Source: a virus
Lineage: Duplodnaviria; Caudoviricetes
Virus record (IMG/VR): IMGVR_UViG_3300028857_000027
Span: 1 to 25,560 of that record
Length of the DNA: 25,560 nucleotides
Direction: 5' to 3' (one strand)
Under the pieces are notes generated by a model, which saw nothing but the letters and a program-made list of their open reading frames with translations, was not told the DNA's origin and searched no databases. Below, one piece after another: positions 1-7,216 of the stretch. A program made the translations under genes and the position numbers. The number at the start of each line of letters is the position of its first letter. Positions within the stretch are counted from its first letter, which is position 1.

Positions 1-765
1 CTCGTTGAAGTACTGAGCAGCAGCCTCTACCCCGGCGCAGAAAAGAACTCAGTCGTGATGGTGTTGGCTTACTGCCAGGCGGCGCACCTAGACCCAATGT
101 TGAAGCCGGTGCACATCGTTCCGATCTGGAACTCAAAGACGAAAAAGATGCAGGACACGGTGATGCCAGGCATCGGCCTGTACCGCATTCAGGCCGCGCG
201 CACCGGCCAATACGCCGGAATCAGCGAGCCTGAATATGGCCCTCCAGTAACGGCGAAGCTGAGCGGCGTAGAGGTCACGTATCCGGAATGGTGCCGCGTG
301 ACGGTCAAGCGGCAGATGAGCAACGGGTTGGTTGCCGAATACACGGCCAACGAGCGATGGCTTGAGAACTACGCGACATCGAGCAAGGACACCGCGGCAC
401 CCAACGCCATGTGGAAGCGTCGAGCATTTGCCCAGCTCGCCAAATGCGCCGAGGCACAGGCCCTGCGCAAAGCATTCCCCGAAGTCGGGTCGGCGCCAAC
501 GGCCGACGAGATGGAAGGCAAGGCATTCGAGGAGCCAGCGCGCGACGTCACCCCTCGGCATCACGCCCAGCCTGAGCAGGAAGCGCTGCCCGCCTACTCC
601 GACGACCTGCTGACCGAGAACATCGCGAAGTGGCAGCCACTGATCGACTCGAACCGCACCAGCCCAGAACACCTCATTGCGACCATCAGCAGCAAGTACA
701 CGCTGAGCCCGGCGCAGATTGAAAAAATCACCAACCTCAAAGCCCTCGATGGAGATGCAGCATGA
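1..765 (+). CDS. bet: Phage single-strand annealing recombinase Bet (RecT family), 5'-truncated by the window edge
   Basis: Frame is open from base 1. Motifs LDPMLKPVHIVP, GIGLYRIQAARTGQYAG, MW..R...QLAKCAEAQALRKAFP are typical of Bet/RecT; followed by an exonuclease. Confidence 0.9.
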   Translation, partial: LVEVLSSSLYPGAEKNSVVMVLAYCQAAHLDPMLKPVHIVPIWNSKTKKMQDTVMPGIGLYRIQAARTGQYAGISEPEYGPPVTAKLSGVEVTYPEWCRVTVKRQMSNGLVAEYTANERWLENYATSSKDTAAPNAMWKRRAFAQLAKCAEAQALRKAFPEVGSAPTADEMEGKAFEEPARDVTPRHHAQPEQEALPAYSDDLLTENIAKWQPLIDSNRTSPEHLIATISSKYTLSPAQIEKITNLKALDGDAA

Positions 766-2390
766 AAATTCACAACGTAGCTCAAGGCTCCGCCGAGTGG
801 CTTGCCCTTCGCGCCCAGTACCGCACCGCTTCCGAAGCCCCGGCAATGATGGGCGCTTCGAAGTACCAAACGCGCACCGATCTGCTGGCGTCCAAGAAGA
901 CAGGCATCACACAGGACGTCACGCCCTCTCAACAGTTTGTCTTCGACAAGGGGCATGCAACCGAAGCCCTGGCGCGCCCACTGACCGAGGCATTGATCGG
1001 CGAAGAGCTGTATCCGATCGTTGGCACTAAAGGCAACCTGCTCGCCTCCATGGACGGCGCCACAATGCTCGGAGAGACCCTGTTCGAGCACAAGCTGTGG
1101 AATGAGTCGGTCGTGGCCCAAGTGAAAGCTGGCGATCTGGCGCCGCACTACTACTGGCAGCTTGAGCAGCAACTGCTGGTCAGCGGAGCTGAGCGAGTGA
1201 TCTTTGTTTGCTCGGACGGCACCGCAGAGAACTTCGTGCACATGGAGTACCGGCCCGTCGCCGGTCGCGCGGCCCAGTTGATCGAGGGCTGGAAACAGTT
1301 CGAGGCGGACCTGGCGAACTTCGAAATGGCCGACGCGCCATCAATTGTCGTCGGCAAGGCGCCGGACGAGCTGCCAGCGCTGCGCATCGAACTGACCGGC
1401 ATGGTCACCGCCAGCAATCTAAAGGTGTTTGAAGATTCCGCGCTGGCTGTCATCGACTCGGTGAAAACAACGCTCTCCACCGACCAGGACTTCGCCGACG
1501 CCAAGAAGGCGGTCAAGTGGTGTGGCGAAGTCGAGGAAGCTGTCGCTGTCGCCAAGAAACAGGCCCTGTCGCAGACCCAAAGCATCGACGAACTATTTTC
1601 GTCGCTGGATCGCATCAGCGCCCATGCCCGCGAGACACGTCTGAAGGTCGATAAGCTGGTGAAGGCTCAAGAGCTGCTGGTGAAGACCTCCATCAAGCAA
1701 AAGGCCGAGCTCGCCCTGGCGGAGCATATTGCCGGGATCAACAGGACCTTGGGACAGGTGGCGCTGCCTAATGTGCACGTCGACTTCGCCGGCGCCATGA
1801 AGAACAAGCGCACAATCGCTAGCCTCCAGGACGCAGTTGATACCGAGTTGGCCCGGGCGAAGATCGATGCCAGCCAGGTAGCTGACAGCATTCGCTTGAA
1901 TCTGAACAGCCTTGCCGAGCTCGCTGTTGATCACGCCTTCCTGTTCAGCGATGTGCAGCAACTGGTGGCCAAGGCCAATGACGACCTGGTGACGCTGATC
2001 AAATTCCGAATCTCCGAACACCAGAAGGTGGAGCGAGAAAAGGCCGAAGCGAAGCGTATCGCCGAAGAGCAGGAAGCGGAACGCTTGGCAGCCATCAAGC
2101 CAGAGCCGGTCGTAGAGAAAGTGGCGACGCCAGAGCCTATCCGCACCGCACCAGCCAAGACGGCGGCACCAGTCACCCAGGCCGCAAAGCCAGTAACGAG
2201 CCAAGCGGTGGAGCAGGTAGCGCTGCAGGCCAACGTGACGGACTTCGAGGCCCTGGTGAAAGCCGTGGCATATGGTCAAGCGCCGATCAGCGTCCTTTCG
2301 GTCAACTGGGAAGCGCTCGACGCGATGGTCGCAGCGCAGGGATCAACCTTCAGCATGGCCGGGGTGACACTGGCCAAGGCGGCTGCATGA
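762..2390 (+). CDS. YqaJ/lambda-exonuclease-family recombination nuclease with a long C-terminal extension
   Basis: QGS.EW...R...TASE, GH..E, ASMDG, FEHK, YYWQLEQQL motifs; ATGA overlap with bet. Confidence 0.88.
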   Translation: MKIHNVAQGSAEWLALRAQYRTASEAPAMMGASKYQTRTDLLASKKTGITQDVTPSQQFVFDKGHATEALARPLTEALIGEELYPIVGTKGNLLASMDGATMLGETLFEHKLWNESVVAQVKAGDLAPHYYWQLEQQLLVSGAERVIFVCSDGTAENFVHMEYRPVAGRAAQLIEGWKQFEADLANFEMADAPSIVVGKAPDELPALRIELTGMVTASNLKVFEDSALAVIDSVKTTLSTDQDFADAKKAVKWCGEVEEAVAVAKKQALSQTQSIDELFSSLDRISAHARETRLKVDKLVKAQELLVKTSIKQKAELALAEHIAGINRTLGQVALPNVHVDFAGAMKNKRTIASLQDAVDTELARAKIDASQVADSIRLNLNSLAELAVDHAFLFSDVQQLVAKANDDLVTLIKFRISEHQKVEREKAEAKRIAEEQEAERLAAIKPEPVVEKVATPEPIRTAPAKTAAPVTQAAKPVTSQAVEQVALQANVTDFEALVKAVAYGQAPISVLSVNWEALDAMVAAQGSTFSMAGVTLAKAAA

Positions 2391-3022
2391 TCAGCAACCA
2401 CCTAGGCATGGTCGAGGCTCTTCGGCCAGCATCGAACGAACTGGCTCACAACATTGAGGCCTTCTTGAGTAAAGGAGGGACTATCCAGGTACTGGAAGTG
2501 GTTGTTAAGCCTCCACCTGCTAGGCATCACCCAGAACCGAAGCCAAGAAAGGAAAAGGCCCGAGTGTGCATCGCGGAGCCAGTCAAGTTCCTGGACAAAA
2601 TGGCGCTCCGGGACATCGAGCGCGATGAAAGGAAGATCATGCGCGAGAAAGCCAAAGCGGATGAGCTGGAGCACATCAGGGGGCTGGCCGAGACCATGAC
2701 CTATACCCAGGCTATCCTGAGAACCGGCATGCACATACGGTCATTGCAGCGGCTTGCACAGCTTGGCGGATTCAAATTCCAGCCGGCAGATACGCGAGGC
2801 AAGAAGGATCTTCGGTTTGTCGATGAAGAGCGTGACGCCAGAAACGCCACACTGATCCGCGAACTCTTGGGGCGAGGCTTCAGCAGGAACCAGGCGCGCG
2901 AAAGCATCCAGACCAACCGGAAAAACTTCGAACGGCTACTGGCCAAGTTCGATATCGACTACCCGAAGGCAACCAAAGGCCCAGCGCCTGCATTCTTCCC
3001 TAAGCAAGCCCATTCGGCGTGA
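2387..3022 (+). CDS. Hypothetical phage protein (basic, possibly DNA-binding)
   Basis: 211-aa ORF coupled to the nuclease gene by an ATGA overlap. Confidence 0.7.
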   Translation: MISNHLGMVEALRPASNELAHNIEAFLSKGGTIQVLEVVVKPPPARHHPEPKPRKEKARVCIAEPVKFLDKMALRDIERDERKIMREKAKADELEHIRGLAETMTYTQAILRTGMHIRSLQRLAQLGGFKFQPADTRGKKDLRFVDEERDARNATLIRELLGRGFSRNQARESIQTNRKNFERLLAKFDIDYPKATKGPAPAFFPKQAHSA

Positions 3023-3111
3023 CCAATTCATGCGCCGCATAGCCCGCCACCAGCAACGCAAACGTCAAACCTGGCTCGCACTGCCGGCCAGCGGAATAGA
3101 AGAGGTAGGCC

Positions 3112-3435
3112 ATGGCGAAAACACCGCAGGAACGCTCGGCCAAAACTGCCAGGAAGCGCGTAGCGAATGCCGAAGAGGAATTGAGGCTCAGGGTTCGCCC
3201 CGGCACCCGTCAGGCCCTGGCCGACCTGATGGAGTGGTCAGGCATTACTGAGCAAGGCGAGGCGATGACGCTGATGATTCATCACCTGCATGCGCTGGGA
3301 TCGAAAGCCACATTCCTGCTTGATCCGCCGCGCCACAAAATCCAGATATCCGAAAACGTGGCGCGGGAATTCCGAAACAAAAGCCTGCTCGCCATCCAGA
3401 AAGACCCGGGCGACGAGATCATCGAGCCCGCATAA
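3112..3435 (+). CDS. Hypothetical phage protein (possible ribbon-helix-helix-like)
   Basis: GAGGT RBS before the ATG; 107 aa; same orientation as the operon. Confidence 0.7.
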   Translation: MAKTPQERSAKTARKRVANAEEELRLRVRPGTRQALADLMEWSGITEQGEAMTLMIHHLHALGSKATFLLDPPRHKIQISENVAREFRNKSLLAIQKDPGDEIIEPA

Positions 3436-3492
3436 CCCACCCTACTCGCTGCATCCGGTAACCGGAGGGCGGCGCTTACCTGAGGTAACCGC

Positions 3493-4104
3493 ATGAAAAC
3501 CGAAATGATCACCCTGAAGCACGGTGACGCGTCTATCAAGATGCCCGCTTCATCCCTTGCAAAACTGGCCATGGCCAGCGTGTTCGCCCAGGTGCTGCCG
3601 CCGGCGGCGAATGTTCAGCCAGCGCCCCAATCTCCAGCCCCGGAGATCGGCAAGCCGTGGCCGGGCCAGGGCGGTATCAACGGAGGCTTCGTCCATGCCC
3701 GTGGCGATGTGCCGGCGCATTACCTGATCATCGCTGCGAAGGATGTTGGCAGCCTTGAGTGGGGCGGCCGTGGAGTCGAGGTGAAGGGTCTCAGCAAGAC
3801 TGACGGCTACACCAACACCCAGGTGCTGATCGGGAACGACGACGAGCGCAAATATCCGGCGGCTGATGCCTGTGCCGAGTACCAGGCTGATGGTCATCAT
3901 GACTTCTACCTGCCGGCCGCTGCCGAGCTGTATCACTGCTGGCTGAACTGCCCCGAAGTGTTCGCCCAGGACTGCTATTACTGGTCATCTTCGCAGCGCT
4001 CAGCCGGCTACGCATTCACCATGCTCTTCGATGGTGGCCTTCAGCACTACGACGGCAAGGACGACGAGCTCCGTGTCCGCCCCGTCCGCAGATTCTTTAT
4101 TTAA
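3493..4104 (+). CDS. DGR target protein 1 (DUF1566/Lcl-like, predicted C-type-lectin fold) with C-terminal VR1
   Basis: GAGGT RBS; D.YLPA..EL and YWSSSQ...RVRPVR motifs; 3' end matches TR except at adenines. Confidence 0.9.
   Translation: MKTEMITLKHGDASIKMPASSLAKLAMASVFAQVLPPAANVQPAPQSPAPEIGKPWPGQGGINGGFVHARGDVPAHYLIIAAKDVGSLEWGGRGVEVKGLSKTDGYTNTQVLIGNDDERKYPAADACAEYQADGHHDFYLPAAAELYHCWLNCPEVFAQDCYYWSSSQRSAGYAFTMLFDGGLQHYDGKDDELRVRPVRRFFI
3991..4095 (+). repeat. DGR variable repeat VR1
   Basis: 105-nt ungapped alignment to TR 5388-5492 with 15 mismatches, all at TR adenines. Confidence 0.96.
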
Positions 4105-4137
4105 TCCTTCATCCATTCGTTCTTGATCCGGCACACC

Positions 4138-4158
4138 AGGGCGCACAGCGCCTTTTTT
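4138..4158 (+). terminator. GC hairpin plus T-tract downstream of VR1 (weak intrinsic terminator and/or DGR target hairpin)
   Basis: GGCGC-ACA-GCGCC followed by TTTTTT. Confidence 0.5.
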
Positions 4159-4183
4159 GTTGCCTTCGAAAAGAGGAAGCACC

Positions 4184-4804
4184 ATGTCCGCAGTTGAGAA
4201 AGCAGTACCGGCCGTAACCACCCCAGCCATCGGCCAGGCCTACGGCGGCGGTTTCGTCACCGGCATTACCCGCGACCCGGTAACCGGCCAGCGTTTCCTG
4301 AACATCACCGCTGGTGCCGAGCATGAGCTGGTCGGCAAGTGGGGCGAGTACGGCGAGAAGATCGAGGGCGCCGACAGCTTCACCGACAGCCGGGCCAACA
4401 CCCAGGCCATGGCGGCGGCAGGCAGCGAACTGGCAGCGAAGGTCCTGGCACTGAGCATCGAAGGCTTCACCGACTGGGCAATCCCGGCGCGCGACGTGCA
4501 AGAGCTGCAGTACCGCCACTTCAAGCCAACCACCGAAGAAAACTGGGCAGGAGCCCGCAGCGGTGACAACCCGAACAGCGAGCCAGTGGGACTGTTGTAC
4601 AGCGAAGAAGACCCGGCGCAGACCGTTCACGCGGCGTTCCAGGAGGGCGGCGCAGAGGCTTTCCGAGATACCTGGTACTGGTCGAGTTCGCAGCGCTCAG
4701 CCTACTACGCGTTCGACATGATCTTCGATGATGGCCATCAGAACAGCCTCGTCAAGCACGTCGAGCTCCGTGTCCGCCCCGTCCGCAGCGAGCTTATTCA
4801 GTAA
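4184..4804 (+). CDS. DGR target protein 2 (paralogue of target 1, DUF1566-like) with C-terminal VR2
   Basis: GAGG RBS before ATG 4184; DWAIPARD, WYWSSSQRSA...RVRPVR; 3' end matches TR except at adenines. Confidence 0.9.
   Translation: MSAVEKAVPAVTTPAIGQAYGGGFVTGITRDPVTGQRFLNITAGAEHELVGKWGEYGEKIEGADSFTDSRANTQAMAAAGSELAAKVLALSIEGFTDWAIPARDVQELQYRHFKPTTEENWAGARSGDNPNSEPVGLLYSEEDPAQTVHAAFQEGGAEAFRDTWYWSSSQRSAYYAFDMIFDDGHQNSLVKHVELRVRPVRSELIQ
4688..4789 (+). repeat. DGR variable repeat VR2
   Basis: 102-nt ungapped alignment to TR with 14 mismatches (including the last base), all at TR adenines. Confidence 0.96.
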
Positions 4805-4818
4805 TTTGTTAATTTAAT

Positions 4819-4836
4819 CCGGCCGCTTGCGGCCGG
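4819..4836. other. Perfect GC-rich inverted repeat downstream of VR2 (candidate DGR hairpin/cruciform)
   Basis: CCGGCCGC-TT-GCGGCCGG, about 30 nt after VR2. Confidence 0.6.
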
Positions 4837-4858
4837 TTGCTCTTGGAGAGCGAGCCTC

Positions 4859-5215
4859 ATGGCGATGCACACGGACTTGCAGATCTACAAGGCCTCGATG
4901 GGGCTTCTACACATGGCCACAACGATGACCAGGAACATCCCGCGCGACTTGAAGCAGTCGCTTGGTAAGCGGGTGATCGATGAATGCATCGAGGTCTTGA
5001 TGCTGATCGCCCGTGCAAACGCCACACAGGACAAGCGCCCGCACCTGACCCTGCTGATCGAGAAGGTCCAGGTGGTCGAGTTCCTGATGCGGCTCTTCAA
5101 AGACAGCCGCTTCATCAGCATCTCGCAACATGCCCAGGCGATCGAGGTTACAACCTCTATCGGCAAACAAGCCAACGCCTGGAAACGCTCTACCCCAACC
5201 GCGCCCGCTACCTGA
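4859..5215 (+). CDS. avd: DGR accessory variability determinant (Avd, four-helix bundle)
   Basis: 118-aa basic helical protein (L.IY...; IPRDLKQSLG; IGKQANAW) located between the VRs and TR/RT, the canonical avd position. Confidence 0.85.
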   Translation: MAMHTDLQIYKASMGLLHMATTMTRNIPRDLKQSLGKRVIDECIEVLMLIARANATQDKRPHLTLLIEKVQVVEFLMRLFKDSRFISISQHAQAIEVTTSIGKQANAWKRSTPTAPAT

Positions 5216-5387
5216 AGGTTACGGCTTTCTGGTCTGTGCGAATTGAATCTGGTCGTGCCGCTGACCTGATGGGTCACCGCCATGCGCAAAAGAGATACCG
5301 CCGGTCTAAAGCGTCCGTGTAGGTCTCGCGCAGTTGCCTTGCTGATCGGCTCTGCCTTCGGCTCGGCGACGTAGATAGCACGATAGG

Positions 5388-5492
5388 TCGCAGCGCTCAG
5401 CCAACAACGCATTCAACATGAACTTCGATGATGGCAATCAGAACAACAACGACAAGAACAACGAGCTCCGTGTCCGCCCCGTCCGCAGATTC
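5388..5492 (+). repeat. DGR template repeat (TR)
   Basis: 33 adenines; 9 AAC + 1 AAT codons in the target frame; ends in the A-poor IMH*-like GAGCTCCGTGTCCGCCCCGTCCGCAG shared with both VRs. Confidence 0.96.
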
Positions 5493-6588
5493 GACTTTGG
5501 GTCCCTACCCGTTTCAGGATCTGGTTCAGGCTTATTACGACTGCCGACGCACCAAGCGCAACAGCGACAGCGCGCTGGCCTTCGAGATAGACCTCGAGCG
5601 GAACCTGATCCAGTTACACGACGACCTGATTGCCGGCACTTACCGGCCAGGCCGATCCATCTGTTTCGTGGTCACCCGACCGAAAGCCCGCGAGGTCTGG
5701 GCAGCAGCCTTTCGGGACCGCGTCGTCCACCACCTGCTGTACAACCATGTGGCACCGCGCTTCTACGCCAGCTTCATAGCGGACAGTTGCGCATGCATTC
5801 CTGGGCGCGGCACGCTGTACGCCGCCAAGCGCCTTGAGTCGAAGATCCGCAGCGCATCGCATAACTGGTCGAAACCGTGCTGGTATCTCAAGCTCGACTT
5901 GGCCAACTTCTTCGTCGCCATAGACAAGGCGGTGCTGCGCAAGCAACTGGAAACTCGGATCACCGAACCCTGGTGGCTGGCCCTGGCCACGCAGATCCTC
6001 ATGCACGACCCGCGTGAGGATTACGAGACCCGCAGCCCCGCGCACCTGTTCAACCGGGTGCCACAGCACAAGCGCCTGGTAGCGCAGCCTGCCCACCTCG
6101 GCCTGCCGATCGGTAACCTGTCGTCGCAGTTCTTCGCCAACGTCTACCTCGACGCCCTGGACCAGTTCGCCAAGCACCGTCTGGGCGCCAAGCACTACAT
6201 CCGCTACGTCGACGACTTCGTGTTCCTGCATGAGTCGCCGCAGCAGCTCAACCGGTGGCTGACTGAGGTCGAAGCGTTCCTACCCAGGCTCGGCGCCAAG
6301 CTGAACCCGACCAAGACGATCCTGCAGCCAGTGGATCGCGGCGTCGACTTCGTTGGGCACGTGATCAAGCCTTGGCGGCGCTCGACTCGCAAGCGGTCGC
6401 TTGCCCAGGCGCTGAAGCGTACCGCCGCGGCGCCGGCCGAGGATCTGCGCGAGACAGCCAACAGCTACTTCGGCCTGCTCAGCCAGGCCAGCCACAGCCA
6501 GAAAGACCGGGCAGCACTCGCCCGCGTCGTGCTGAAGCGCGGCAACAGCGTCAACGCGGCGCTGACCCAGACCTACCAGAAGAAGTAA
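5428..6588 (+). CDS. DGR reverse transcriptase (start uncertain: ATG 5428/5431 inside TR, or TTG 5497)
   Basis: FRDRVVHH, LKLDLANFF..ID, GLPIGNLSSQFFAN (GxxxSQ typical of DGR RTs), YVDD, DFVG; no maturase or endonuclease domain. Confidence 0.93.
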   Translation: MMAIRTTTTRTTSSVSAPSADSTLGPYPFQDLVQAYYDCRRTKRNSDSALAFEIDLERNLIQLHDDLIAGTYRPGRSICFVVTRPKAREVWAAAFRDRVVHHLLYNHVAPRFYASFIADSCACIPGRGTLYAAKRLESKIRSASHNWSKPCWYLKLDLANFFVAIDKAVLRKQLETRITEPWWLALATQILMHDPREDYETRSPAHLFNRVPQHKRLVAQPAHLGLPIGNLSSQFFANVYLDALDQFAKHRLGAKHYIRYVDDFVFLHESPQQLNRWLTEVEAFLPRLGAKLNPTKTILQPVDRGVDFVGHVIKPWRRSTRKRSLAQALKRTAAAPAEDLRETANSYFGLLSQASHSQKDRAALARVVLKRGNSVNAALTQTYQKK

Positions 6589-6632
6589 CTCCACCACTCC
6601 ACCGCCCGGGCATGGCCCGGCAAGGACTTCCC

Positions 6633-6908
6633 ATGCCTACAGAAAACAAACCGGCTGATCCCTTCGGGCCGAACGGTCGCACCTTTCACATTCACCTGAG
6701 CGTGCGCGGGGCGATTCGTGACTTCAGCAAGCGTCAGCTCAAAGGCATGTTCCGCGTGGATGGTCGCGAATGCACTGCCGACGAGGCGAAGGATCATCTG
6801 CTCGAAGCGCTGGCCCAGGGCAAAGAGGTGCTGCCATTCGGGCCGCCGTGTGATGGTTTCGACTTCGCCGGCAGCGGCTGCCCAGGTCATGACAAGGAGG
6901 CCGCATGA
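6633..6908 (+). CDS. Hypothetical protein (91 aa, MPTENK...)
   Basis: AAGGAC RBS before ATG 6633; ATGA overlap with the next gene. Confidence 0.7.
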   Translation: MPTENKPADPFGPNGRTFHIHLSVRGAIRDFSKRQLKGMFRVDGRECTADEAKDHLLEALAQGKEVLPFGPPCDGFDFAGSGCPGHDKEAA

Positions 6909-7216
6909 AGCGTATCTACCTCAGCGGCCCCATGACCGGCCTGCCAGGTCTCAACTTCGCAGCCTTCCACACCATGACCGCCGACCTGCGCGCCGCCGGG
7001 CACACCGTCACCAACCCCGCCGAGATCAACCCTGACGGCGGCACCTGGACCGACTGTATGCGCCGCGACATTGCCGCCCTGATGGACTGCGACACCGTTG
7101 CGAGGCTTCCCGGCTGGCACACCTCGAAAGGCGCCCGCCTGGAAGTCCTGATCGCCGAGCGCCTCGGCATGACGGTTGTGAATGCCCATGACCTGGTAAC
7201 GAGGGAGGCTGTATGA
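6905..7216 (+). CDS. DUF4406 / nucleoside 2-deoxyribosyltransferase-like protein
   Basis: IYLSGPMTG...N..AF, NPAE, CD....LPGW..SKGA.LE pattern. Confidence 0.8.
   Translation: MKRIYLSGPMTGLPGLNFAAFHTMTADLRAAGHTVTNPAEINPDGGTWTDCMRRDIAALMDCDTVARLPGWHTSKGARLEVLIAERLGMTVVNAHDLVTREAV

Larger units (their letters stand above)
3493..6588 (+). mobile_element. Complete two-target diversity-generating retroelement cassette
   Basis: target1(VR1)-target2(VR2)-avd-TR-RT, all on one strand and uninterrupted. Confidence 0.95.

Noticed and set aside
3030-3251. 73-aa ORF MRRIARHQQ...
   Set aside because: Overlaps 3112-3435 by 140 nt and lacks a clear RBS; its 5' part may be a short real or relic gene, but I cannot support it.
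3991-5492. Three ~100-bp repeats as a CRISPR array or simple duplication
   Set aside because: No repeat-spacer periodicity or cas genes; the mismatches are strictly adenine-specific, which is diagnostic of a DGR.
5418-5837. 139-aa ORF beginning MNFDDGNQNNND as a third DGR target
   Set aside because: It is TR read in the target frame running out of frame into RT; it lacks the upstream scaffold and an RBS.
5428-6588. RT as a group II intron, retron or Abi RT
   Set aside because: No maturase/endonuclease domain or retron VTG motif seen; GxxxSQ motif, avd and TR/VR context indicate a DGR.
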